From: Patescibacteria group bacterium | GTDB taxonomy: Bacteria > Patescibacteriota > Patescibacteriia > Patescibacteriales > JBAZCA01 | DNA length: 64,000 nucleotides | Reading direction: 5' to 3' | Assembly (NCBI GenBank): GCA_041661505.1 | Contig: JBAZUF010000001.1 | Location: 47,144 to 111,143, forward strand | Shown here: positions 9,657 through 18,157 of the stretch, piece by piece | Position numbering within the stretch: the first letter of the stretch is position 1 | Layout: every line of letters starts with the position of its first letter | Made by a program: the position numbers and the translations under genes | The notes under the pieces: generated by a model | Databases searched by the model: none | What the model saw: only the letters and a program-made list of their open reading frames with translations | What the model was told of the DNA's origin: nothing

Positions 9657-10298
9657 TTATACTTTTCGCTGATCGTATATCTCCAAAAATTTATCTTTCT
9701 CGTCAGGACTAAGAAAAAATTTCTTTCCATTTTTCAAGGTCATAAGAAGAAAGTCTCCCCGTGCTTTAATATCAACTTTTCTTGCTGAACCGGGATACTT
9801 TGTATACTGAACGGTAAATGGGGAGATACTGTAGCAAATCAACTCACCTTCGCTATAGGCATCTCCGGTTGGGTCTTTTTCTCCTCTGTCGCACTTCTCG
9901 TAAAAATCGATAGCTAAATCTTTTGCCTGATCATTTGATATTTTTTTTACGCTTTCAATTTCTTGGAAAGCAATCTTATCGCTTAGTGTTCCAACTTCGC
10001 AGAGTATGCCTGTTTGATCAATTTCGTAATATTGATTTGACGAAGATGATTTCTTAAAAATAATCAATAAAACAACGCTTGAAAAAAGAAAAAACACCAA
10101 ACCCAATTTTTGTTGGCTAGACAGGAACGGAGTATCGGGAAGTTTATCCACGGTGACATTTCCAACTCCATTCATTATCCCGGAAAGAAACAGCAAGCCA
10201 ATGCACCAAAAAAACAAAAATACTATAATAGTAAACCAGGGACGTGATGAAACATTTTTACAGTAAAATCTATCCATAATGTTATTAATTACATTCAA
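9657..10298 (-). CDS. hypothetical membrane protein
   Basis: 213 aa, two N-terminal TM helices and a soluble C-terminal domain; no recognisable family. Confidence 0.5.
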   Translation of the reverse strand: MNVINNIMDRFYCKNVSSRPWFTIIVFLFFWCIGLLFLSGIMNGVGNVTVDKLPDTPFLSSQQKLGLVFFLFSSVVLLIIFKKSSSSNQYYEIDQTGILCEVGTLSDKIAFQEIESVKKISNDQAKDLAIDFYEKCDRGEKDPTGDAYSEGELICYSISPFTVQYTKYPGSARKVDIKARGDFLLMTLKNGKKFFLSPDEKDKFLEIYDQRKV

Positions 10299-10368
10299 AG
10301 GTTATGACTTGGCCTGTTTGCATATTTGTCGTTTTCCCGATTATAATTATAAAAGGAACCGTCAAAAA

Positions 10369-10716
10369 TTATTGGCATAATTGTTCAACGTATTGCCCGT
10401 CTTTTGACCTATGTCCGCAAGCGCATGTGCAATACCCGTCTATACAGAAAGGATCACCGCCGATTCCTAATTCTTTTTCTCTCTCATCGCAAGAGTTTTT
10501 CATAACCTTCACGCAGTTTGAATCGGTTTCACACGACCAACCGTTATCTTTATCATAAGAAGGTCTAGCCGCGTCATTTTTTACCGAATTTGATTGAAAG
10601 CTGGCCGGCGGTAAGGCAGCGGGTATTTTTTGTTGGTTTTTTATTAGCATAACATAACCACCCAGCAACAATAAAAAGATGGCTACTATGATTGTTGCTT
10701 TTGTTAAATTTTTCAT
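10369..10716 (-). CDS. small secreted/anchored cysteine-rich protein
   Basis: 115 aa, N-terminal signal/anchor, 8 Cys in the C-terminal 55 aa (CETDSNC...CDE...CIDGYCTCACG). Confidence 0.5.
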   Translation of the reverse strand: MKNLTKATIIVAIFLLLLGGYVMLIKNQQKIPAALPPASFQSNSVKNDAARPSYDKDNGWSCETDSNCVKVMKNSCDEREKELGIGGDPFCIDGYCTCACGHRSKDGQYVEQLCQ

Positions 10717-10750
10717 AATGTTGAGTATTATTAGCTTTCTAATCTCTTCC

Positions 10751-10937
10751 TAACGGCTTCGGAATAAGCGAAGTGGCCGGAGGCATCCCGCCATCAGGCG
10801 GGAGGCCGGAAGGGCATTTCGCGTATTCCGAGTTAGGCGATGTCGCGAGCGGAGCGAGCGGCGAGCCTGACGAGGAAGAATTCCGAAGCCGTTAGGCCGA
10901 AAGGAAAGCGAGCGACAGCGAGCGATTTCGGCCTAAC
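10751..10937. repeat. 187-bp GC-rich structured repeat, copy 1 (two nested hairpins bounded by TAAC)
   Basis: 100% identical to 13227-13413 and 14542-14728; 15-bp terminal stem TAACGGCTTCGGAAT/ATTCCGAAGCCGTTA plus hairpin GTTAGGCCGAAA-N19-TTTCGGCCTAAC. Confidence 0.95.
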
Positions 10938-11151
10938 GTATCCGAATATGAGAAGTTTTTGCCCGCCTCCTTATTATATTATAATTGAAGAAAAGGGCAA
11001 AAATTTGGGTAAAAAATGAAATTCAAGTCCATAATTATATAAAAGAGAATTTCATTTTTTCCTCATATTCGGTGTTGTGCGATGTAAATTTTTTATCTCG
11101 TTGTTTATTGTACTAAATCTTAATGTTACTAAAAGAAAATTTGATTTTTTC

Positions 11152-11201
11152 GTTTTGTTTCAAAAAAAGAGGGGTAGGGGTGAATTTTTTTGAAACAAAA
11201 C
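11152..11201. terminator. 17-bp perfect inverted repeat with G-rich loop, immediately 3' of the KilA-N gene (bidirectional terminator-like)
   Basis: GTTTTGTTTCAAAAAAA-gaggggtaggggtgaa-TTTTTTTGAAACAAAAC. Confidence 0.6.
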
Positions 11202-11204
11202 TCC

Positions 11205-12053
11205 TCAGCGTATTTCTTTTTTAGATGATTCCAGCTTTTTTACTCTATCGTTTGTTAAAAGCGATTTCATCTGAATAATTGCAGTATTATTTAATTTCAA
11301 AATTCTATCTTTCTGCGAAAGTCCTTCGCGAATTAATAATGCGTTTATACTTTCAAGATTAGACAAAACTACCAACTGCTCAATTGAAGCATAATCTCGA
11401 ATATTTCCTTTTAACTTTGGATTCTTATCTCGCCACATTTTGGCGGTTATCCCGAATAGGGCAACATTGAGCAAATCCGCTTCATCGGCATATTTCATAT
11501 TAACCTGTTCTTTCGTTAATTCATGTGGAATTAGCTTTTCTTTTATGGCATCGGTATGAATTTTGTAATTGATTTTTGCCAGCGTTCTTTGAAGATTCCA
11601 TTCAAGCTTCAAACGGCTATTTTCATCTTGTTTAAGCCGCTGGAATTCAACTAATAAATATAGCTTGAATTCCGCGCTTACCCAGGAAGCGAACTCAAAC
11701 GCAATATCTATATGCGCGAAAGTGCCGCCTCCATATCTTCCAGATTTTGAAATTAAACCAATGGCATGTGTCTTTTCTATCCATTTTTGCGGCGGCAACA
11801 CAAAAGAATTGGCTCCAGCTTCATTTTTAAACTGGTCGAATTCGACCAGTTTAAAAACAGGATTATGCAGTCTTTCCCAAAGTCCTAGAAAATCAATCGT
11901 GCCACGAGTTCTCATCCAATTTTTTACGACATCGGCTGGAAATGCCGGGTTTTTGTGTCGCGCTATATCGGTCAAAGAAATATAATCACTATTATTTTTA
12001 GTAAAAGTGACTATTTCTATGCCTTCAACTTTTATTTTTTGTTTCTTTGCCAT
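11205..12053 (-). CDS. KilA-N domain protein (phage/mobile-element associated)
   Basis: N-terminus IKVEGIEIVTF..NSDYISLTDIAR matches the KilA-N/APSES-like DNA-binding domain; 282 aa. Confidence 0.7.
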   Translation of the reverse strand: MAKKQKIKVEGIEIVTFTKNNSDYISLTDIARHKNPAFPADVVKNWMRTRGTIDFLGLWERLHNPVFKLVEFDQFKNEAGANSFVLPPQKWIEKTHAIGLISKSGRYGGGTFAHIDIAFEFASWVSAEFKLYLLVEFQRLKQDENSRLKLEWNLQRTLAKINYKIHTDAIKEKLIPHELTKEQVNMKYADEADLLNVALFGITAKMWRDKNPKLKGNIRDYASIEQLVVLSNLESINALLIREGLSQKDRILKLNNTAIIQMKSLLTNDRVKKLESSKKEIR

Positions 12054-12121
12054 AAAGTATTAAGTTAGATTGAATTTAACTTAATTTTACCATATTTTTT
12101 ATTTTTTAAAAAAGAGGGTTG

Positions 12122-13066
12122 CTACAACTTTAATCCAAGTTTATATTTTCCATTAAATCTTGCAAATTCATAATCTTCACCAGTAAACATCCTTGCGAAA
12201 ACAGTTAATCTTTTTAACTCTGTCAAGAAATCTCTGCCGAATGTCTCTTTAAATAAAGATACTATTTCTTTATTTTCCATAATCCTTTCTCCTTCGATAA
12301 AGCCTCTTTTTAAGGCATTCCAAATTTGATCTTTCGGAAGTTTATTTTTTATGGCCAACTTCTTAATTATCGCATCGACTAACGTAACTTCAACACTGTA
12401 AGTAAATTTTTCCGGATTTATTTTTCTATTCCTTCTGTATAATTCCTTTTCTTCGTTTGACCAGCCAGAACTATTTAAATACTTTTCCAATATTTCTCTT
12501 GCTATTTTTTCAGTTACACCCTCATTAAATAAACCAAAATCATTGTTATGATAGCCAGACTGAATTTCTTTCGCATGCGCCTTATGATGACCAGATGGTT
12601 CCAGACCGACGCAAATATTTTTACTTATAGCATGAGCTTCTTCGTGTACGATAGTATGTAACATGTTCATTTCTTCAGTTCCGTAGGTTTCAGCCAGTCT
12701 CTCATAATAATATTTTTTTTCTGACTCTGGAGATGTGGGAATTGAACCAGGCGCCCTAAGCTTTATTAAATTATACTTACCGTCGTAATTACTATATGTT
12801 GCTTCGCTTGAAATAATTTTTTCAGGCCATATAAAATTACTTCTGTCTGCTGTAATTCCACATTTTTTTTCTAATTCAGAAAATAGGTCGCGCAATAAAT
12901 TAAAATCTATTTTATCAAAAAAACTTTCCCATTCGGGTAGGTTTTGTCGTCCCCACATTTCAACAAAATCGTCAATAAATTTTTGTTCTCTATTCCTAAC
13001 TTGTTCTTCGGGTTCCGCAATATCCTTTTCCAAAAAAATTTCTCGTTGATTTGGAATTTTTTCCAT
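12122..13066 (-). CDS. hypothetical protein with HEExH zinc-metalloprotease-like motif
   Basis: HTIVHEEAHAISK (HExxH) in a 314-aa otherwise unrecognised protein. Confidence 0.6.
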   Translation of the reverse strand: MEKIPNQREIFLEKDIAEPEEQVRNREQKFIDDFVEMWGRQNLPEWESFFDKIDFNLLRDLFSELEKKCGITADRSNFIWPEKIISSEATYSNYDGKYNLIKLRAPGSIPTSPESEKKYYYERLAETYGTEEMNMLHTIVHEEAHAISKNICVGLEPSGHHKAHAKEIQSGYHNNDFGLFNEGVTEKIAREILEKYLNSSGWSNEEKELYRRNRKINPEKFTYSVEVTLVDAIIKKLAIKNKLPKDQIWNALKRGFIEGERIMENKEIVSLFKETFGRDFLTELKRLTVFARMFTGEDYEFARFNGKYKLGLKL

Positions 13067-13226
13067 AATATTTTTGAAAATAGGAAATTAATCCGTTTTT
13101 TCTGCGATTCCAGGAGCAGAAAAAACACCTTTTACCCCTCTATAAAATAAATAAAAAATCAAATTTTCGTCGTGGTTCAATGCACAAAACCTGAAATTAC
13201 ACCCAAGATAAAAAATTTATTTCACT

Positions 13227-13413
13227 TAACGGCTTCGGAATAAGCGAAGTGGCCGGAGGCATCCCGCCATCAGGCGGGAGGCCGGAAGGGCATTTCGCGT
13301 ATTCCGAGTTAGGCGATGTCGCGAGCGGAGCGAGCGGCGAGCCTGACGAGGAAGAATTCCGAAGCCGTTAGGCCGAAAGGAAAGCGAGCGACAGCGAGCG
13401 ATTTCGGCCTAAC
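13227..13413. repeat. 187-bp GC-rich structured repeat, copy 2
   Basis: identical to copy 1. Confidence 0.95.
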
Positions 13414-13711
13414 GTATCGGGATAAGCGAAGTTCGCTTTCCGGGTTTATTGCTTTTAGCTTAACAATAAAAATGGCTAATGTAAATGCACTTATCGTGGA
13501 ATACGGACTAACAAAGGGAAGCGAATTTGGGAGAAGAAATTTTTCTTTCCTTAGCGTAAAAAATTTAAAAAACGAAAAATTTCTGAACCGCTTATCCCGT
13601 GTTAGACGACCCGAAGGGCTTGAGTTTCATTTTTAATAAAATGATTTTTTGGCTTGATTATAATTATCCTTTATGCTATTGTCATATGTCTTCCAATAAA
13701 CTCGAAAGGGG

Positions 13712-13915
13712 GTGAGTACATTCATGGAGGAAGGGCGTATCGCAGTGATTACAGTGGAATTCGTTAATCCCGATGAGCTAAAGAGAAGGGGTGAAGACGA
13801 ATCTTTGAAGAAACGGGGATGCCTCGGAACAGGAGGGCTGGGAAAATACATACCACTTCTCGCTGACTTTCCCGCGGACGTCAAAAGTGCGGTTCTTTTT
13901 ACCAAAAAGCAATAG
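13712..13915 (+). CDS. small hypothetical protein (67 aa from GTG; 63 aa from ATG 13724)
   Basis: AAAGGGGG RBS upstream; followed by a strong intrinsic terminator. Confidence 0.4.
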   Translation: MSTFMEEGRIAVITVEFVNPDELKRRGEDESLKKRGCLGTGGLGKYIPLLADFPADVKSAVLFTKKQ

Positions 13916-13940
13916 ATACTCCAATCAGGGCAAAAAAGCC

Positions 13941-13972
13941 GAAGACCAGACCGTAAATCTGGTCTTTTTTTT
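13941..13972 (+). terminator. rho-independent terminator (A-tract upstream makes it bidirectional)
   Basis: GACCAG-accgtaaat-CTGGTC followed by TTTTTTTT. Confidence 0.7.
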
Positions 13973-13998
13973 ATTAAAAAATTATTTTATTAAAAATG

Positions 13999-14130
13999 AA
14001 ATTTCGGCCTAACGTTTCCGAATATCGGAAGTTGCCGAAGCGTAGCGAAGGCAATTTGCGAAAAGTCCGAGCCGAGGACTTTTCCCGATATTCGGTGTTA
14101 GGCGAGGGTTCTTTTGCCCTTCCTTATTGT
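13999..14130. repeat. degenerate fourth site of the repeat family (solo right end ATTTCGGCCTAAC plus related palindromic insert)
   Basis: shares TTTCGGCCTAAC-GTtTCCGAATAT with the copy-1 right junction and ATTCgGtGTTAGGCGA with the repeat interior; 11-bp arms CCGAATATCGG/CCGATATTCGG. Confidence 0.6.
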
Positions 14131-14245
14131 AATTATACAAAAGAAAGGGGCAAAAGAAAGCGCAGCGACCCCTTGAGTTTTCTTTAAAAATATTTTTGCT
14201 TAAATGGTTGGGTGGCCGCCTGTCGAAGGAAGCCACCCTGTGATC

Positions 14246-14476
14246 TTACCAAAATTTGGAGCCCTCCAGGTTTTTCTTTTCTTTATACAGCTTCTTTAAT
14301 TCTGCTTCACGCACTTCTTCTCCTGTGAGGCTCTCATAATGAGCAATTTTTTGGTTCGTCTCGATAATGCGCTTGTTATTGGTTGAATTTGCGAGCCATA
14401 CTATAAGCACGCATAACATCACAAATACCAGAAAGGCGCCGGAGTAAAGTTTCGCTTCCTTTTTATCCACTTTCAT
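14246..14476 (-). CDS. small membrane protein
   Basis: 76 aa, one TM helix, Lys/Glu-rich tail. Confidence 0.4.
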   Translation of the reverse strand: MKVDKKEAKLYSGAFLVFVMLCVLIVWLANSTNNKRIIETNQKIAHYESLTGEEVREAELKKLYKEKKNLEGSKFW

Positions 14477-14541
14477 AATGTCCTCCAGTTGGGGTTGGTT
14501 TATCGAAAAAAAGCAAAAATATTTTTAAAGAAAATTTCGCA

Positions 14542-14728
14542 TAACGGCTTCGGAATAAGCGAAGTGGCCGGAGGCATCCCGCCATCAGGCGGGAGGCCGG
14601 AAGGGCATTTCGCGTATTCCGAGTTAGGCGATGTCGCGAGCGGAGCGAGCGGCGAGCCTGACGAGGAAGAATTCCGAAGCCGTTAGGCCGAAAGGAAAGC
14701 GAGCGACAGCGAGCGATTTCGGCCTAAC
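14542..14728. repeat. 187-bp GC-rich structured repeat, copy 3
   Basis: identical to copies 1 and 2. Confidence 0.95.
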
Positions 14729-14839
14729 TCGTCGTAAGACGAATAGTTGGGTAAATAATATTAGAAAATTGTATCTTATGCGTAATTATGGTAACATTCT
14801 GATATACTGACGGGCTACTTAAATGTTAGCATAAAAATA

Positions 14840-15661
14840 ATGGATGTAAAAGAACTCTTGGCTAAAATTGAAGAAGAGTTAAAGCTGAGGAATTACTCAA
14901 AAAAAACGATTAAGAGCTATATTGCGTGCTTAAACGATTATTTTAAATTTATTAAAATCGTTACGAAAGATCCCGACTTGGCCGCGATAAAAAAATTTCT
15001 CTTAGAAAAGCAGGACAGGGGACTTGCTCCGCAGACTATTAACCTTTACTTATACGCGGTAAAATACTTTTACTCGGAAATTACTAAGTGCCCGCGTAAA
15101 ATAAATATTAAATTCGCAAAAACTTCAAAAAAATTGCCGATTGTGCTATCCAGAAGTGAAATAGAAGGCTTGATAAACTGTTTGACAAATAGAAAGCATA
15201 AATTACTTATCGCCTTAGCTTACGGTGCGGGGCTAAGGTTAAGCGAGACATCCGCTTTAAAAATCAAGGACTTGGACTTAAAAGAACTAACCCTCCATCT
15301 AAAAGGCGCGAAAGGCAACCGGGACCGGATTACGATTGTTCCGGAAAAGTTAGTGCCGAAAATTTCCGAACTTATTGCCTTAAGGGATAAAAATGAGTAT
15401 ATTTTTTTAAGTAACCAGGGCGGAAAACTGTCCAGCCGGGCTTTGCAAAAAGTATTTGAAAAAGCGCTAAAGAGTGCTAAAATTGAAAAAGACGCTACTT
15501 TCCATAGTCTAAGACATAGCTTTGCCACCCATCTTTTAGAAAACGGCGTGGACGTGCGCTTTGTCCAGGAACTTTTGGGCCATAAAAATATAAGGACCAC
15601 GCAATTATACACGAAAGTTACCAACCCGATTTTAAAAAATATAAAAAGTCCTCTAACATAG
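14840..15661 (+). CDS. tyrosine site-specific recombinase/integrase (short, 273 aa)
   Basis: R...KGxKGNRDR...HSLRHSFATH...LGHKNIRTTQLYTKV catalytic signature; SAM-like N-terminal domain. Confidence 0.85.
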   Translation: MDVKELLAKIEEELKLRNYSKKTIKSYIACLNDYFKFIKIVTKDPDLAAIKKFLLEKQDRGLAPQTINLYLYAVKYFYSEITKCPRKINIKFAKTSKKLPIVLSRSEIEGLINCLTNRKHKLLIALAYGAGLRLSETSALKIKDLDLKELTLHLKGAKGNRDRITIVPEKLVPKISELIALRDKNEYIFLSNQGGKLSSRALQKVFEKALKSAKIEKDATFHSLRHSFATHLLENGVDVRFVQELLGHKNIRTTQLYTKVTNPILKNIKSPLT

Positions 15662-15662
15662 T

Positions 15663-17126
15663 ATGGATTTCTCTAAAATAAAAAAAATTTACATGATCGG
15701 GATCAAGGGCACCGGCATGGCGGCTTTGGGGCAGTACTTGTCGGAAAAAGGATTTGAAGTGATTGGATCTGACACAGCTGAAAATTACTCTACGACTGCT
15801 GACACTTTAAAAAACTCTAAGATTAAAGTGATTGATGGATTTGATGAAAAAAATATTCCTTCTGACGCCGGCCTGATAATTTATTCTACCGCCTATAATG
15901 CCGAGCGGAATGTCGAAGTGGCAAAAGCTTTGTCTGGAAAAATAAAAACCCTGACTTACCCGGAAGCTTTGGGCGCGGTTTTTAATTCGTCTTACGGCAT
16001 TGCCGTGGCTGGAAGCCATGGAAAAACTACGACTACCGCCTGGCTCGGATTTGTCGCCCGCGAGGCCGGAATGGAGCCGAGCGTCATGAACGGAAGTTTT
16101 GTCCCGCAATTCGGCGGCAATAGTTTAGCAGGGAAGTCGGATTACCTGATAGTTGAGGTGGATGAGTACCAAAACAAATTACAGCACTATAATCCCAAAG
16201 CGGTATTACTAAATAACATCGACTACGACCATCCGGATTTTTTTCCTGATCCCGAGTCTTACGAAAAAGTCTTTATAGATTTTATAAAAAAAATTCCGAA
16301 GAAAGGCTTTTTAGTCGCCAATTTTGACGACTCGGTTATTAAAAAAGTCGCCCGGGTAAATTGCCAGGGCAAGATCATCACCTATGCCTTAGAAAACTCC
16401 GAAGCGGATTTTATTGCTTATGATATTAGGACGCAGGGCGATAAACAATATTTTAAAGTCAAAGCCCGGTTTAATAATAAAGACGCGGAGCACGGGATTG
16501 ACAGCGCCGAAGAATTGGGAGACTTTTCTACGAGCCTGATGGGACAACACAATATTTATAACGGCCTGGCGGTTATTGCCGCGTCAATTGAATTAGGGCT
16601 GGATCTCCATAAAATCCGCGAATATTTGGGAGAATTTAAGGGTACGGCCCGGCGGATGGAACTCTTGGGCCAATTTAACGGCGCGGACATTTATGACGAT
16701 TACGCCCATCACCCGACTGAAATAAAAACAACGCTTCTTGGCTTAAAAGAATCGCAGGCGGATAAAAATTTAGTGGTAGTATTCCATCCGCACACTTTTA
16801 CGCGGACCAAAGCGCTTTTGGATGATTTTGCCAAAGCTTTTGGTTCGGCGGACGAGCTTATCGTATTGGACATATACGGAAGCGCCCGGGAAAAGCAAGG
16901 AGGCGTGCATACGACCGAGCTGATTGAAAAAATAAAAAATGAGAATCTGGCCAGCCAGGATGCGGGACACGACACCGGGCGTGAAGAACAGGTAATTAAA
17001 TACATTCCTGCCTTGGAAGAATGTGAAAAATACTTGCGCGCTCGCTTAAGGCGCGGCGACTTATGCGTTTTAATGGGCGCCGGCGACGTTTTTAGGATTG
17101 GTGAAAATCTATTGAAAGACATTTAA
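15663..17126 (+). CDS. murC: UDP-N-acetylmuramate--L-alanine ligase
   Basis: IYMIGIKGTGMAALGQYL N-terminus, GSHGKTTTTAW P-loop; Mur ligase middle and C-terminal domains. Confidence 0.9.
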   Translation: MDFSKIKKIYMIGIKGTGMAALGQYLSEKGFEVIGSDTAENYSTTADTLKNSKIKVIDGFDEKNIPSDAGLIIYSTAYNAERNVEVAKALSGKIKTLTYPEALGAVFNSSYGIAVAGSHGKTTTTAWLGFVAREAGMEPSVMNGSFVPQFGGNSLAGKSDYLIVEVDEYQNKLQHYNPKAVLLNNIDYDHPDFFPDPESYEKVFIDFIKKIPKKGFLVANFDDSVIKKVARVNCQGKIITYALENSEADFIAYDIRTQGDKQYFKVKARFNNKDAEHGIDSAEELGDFSTSLMGQHNIYNGLAVIAASIELGLDLHKIREYLGEFKGTARRMELLGQFNGADIYDDYAHHPTEIKTTLLGLKESQADKNLVVVFHPHTFTRTKALLDDFAKAFGSADELIVLDIYGSAREKQGGVHTTELIEKIKNENLASQDAGHDTGREEQVIKYIPALEECEKYLRARLRRGDLCVLMGAGDVFRIGENLLKDI

Positions 17127-17186
17127 TTTGGACGAAAATATTGCCCATGAGGCCATGTTGTTGCAGAATCATGATGTTATAAGACC

Positions 17187-18143
17187 ATGACTATGGAAAA
17201 AATCATAAAAATCCAAAAAAACATTCCTTTAGCGCCGTTCACCACTTTTAAAATCGGCGGCCCGGCTAAATTTTTTATTGAAGTAAAAGCTAAAGCCGAA
17301 TTGGTAAGTGCCATTGCCTGGGCAAAAGAAAAGAAGGAAAAAATTTTTATTGTCGGCGGCGGGAGCAATATGCTGGTGAATGACCAAGGCGTGGACGGAT
17401 TGGTGATTCGGTTGGCTAACGAGTCTATGAGCATAAATAAAAACACGATAATTGCCGGAGCCGGCGTCAGCTTGGCAAAAATTTTAAAGGCTGCCGCGGA
17501 AAAAGGTTTGTCCGGAATGGAATGGACGGCCGGGATTCCAAAGGCGACAATCGGCGGAGCAGTCCGGGGGAATGCCGAAGCCTTTAGCTCGCCAATCGGA
17601 AAAATCGTGAAGATAGTAGAAATTTTTGATATTAGAAAAAATAAGTTTGCCGCGCTAAAACAAAAAGACTGCCAGTTCAAATACCGGGATAGTATTTTTA
17701 AAAAGAAAGACAATTATATAATCTGGGAAGCGAAACTCGCGCTAAAAAAATCCAACCCGGAAAAAGTGAAAAAGCAAATGATAGAAAATCTAAAATTCCG
17801 GCAAGCCATGCCGAAACTTCCTTCAGCCGGAAGCGTCTTTAAAAATATCCCCTTAAAAGATATTAAACGAGCCAGGCCGGAATTAGCGGCTAAATTAAAG
17901 GCTCTGGGCAATGCGCGGTTAGGGAATATCGGCGCTGGACTGGTAATTGATAAAATCCTTGATCTAAAAGGAAAAAAAATCGGCGGGGCTATGATTTCCC
18001 TAGAGCATGGTAATTTCATTATTAATACGGGAAAAGCCACAGCCGAAGACATTGTTAATTTAATCTGCGTTATTAAGCAGAAAGCGCGGAATAAATTAAA
18101 CTTAAAATTAGAAGAAGAAATAAAATATCTGGGGTTTGAATAA
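17187..18143 (+). CDS. murB: UDP-N-acetylenolpyruvoylglucosamine reductase
   Basis: FTTFKIGGPAKFF, IVGGGSNML FAD-binding motifs. Confidence 0.85.
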   Translation: MTMEKIIKIQKNIPLAPFTTFKIGGPAKFFIEVKAKAELVSAIAWAKEKKEKIFIVGGGSNMLVNDQGVDGLVIRLANESMSINKNTIIAGAGVSLAKILKAAAEKGLSGMEWTAGIPKATIGGAVRGNAEAFSSPIGKIVKIVEIFDIRKNKFAALKQKDCQFKYRDSIFKKKDNYIIWEAKLALKKSNPEKVKKQMIENLKFRQAMPKLPSAGSVFKNIPLKDIKRARPELAAKLKALGNARLGNIGAGLVIDKILDLKGKKIGGAMISLEHGNFIINTGKATAEDIVNLICVIKQKARNKLNLKLEEEIKYLGFE

Positions 18144-18157
18144 TTCAGCTTTATATT

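Larger units (their letters stand above)
10740..15661. mobile_element. candidate integrative/recombination island: structured-repeat array plus KilA-N, HEExH protein and small ORFs, bounded by a tyrosine recombinase
   Basis: three identical 187-bp repeats and one degenerate site, a phage-associated KilA-N gene, and a tyrosine recombinase at the right edge transcribed away from the array. Confidence 0.4.

Noticed and set aside
10851-10905. Hammerhead-ribozyme core (CUGACGAG ... GAAAG) inside the 187-bp repeat
   Set aside because: CUGANGA is followed by GGAAGAAUUCC and then GAAG, not GAAA. No helix I/II/III arrangement or cleavage-site triplet could be built, so this is probably a chance match in GC-rich sequence.
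13316-13636. ORFs 13316-13636, 13996-14187 and 14489-14686 from the six-frame track
   Set aside because: They lie across the structured repeats and differ only in fortuitous upstream starts. Their composition reflects the GC-rich repeat rather than coding sequence.
10751-14728. CRISPR array
   Set aside because: The repeats are 187 bp (far longer than 24-50 bp CRISPR repeats). The spacers are 2.3 kb and 1.1 kb and contain genes. No cas genes are present.
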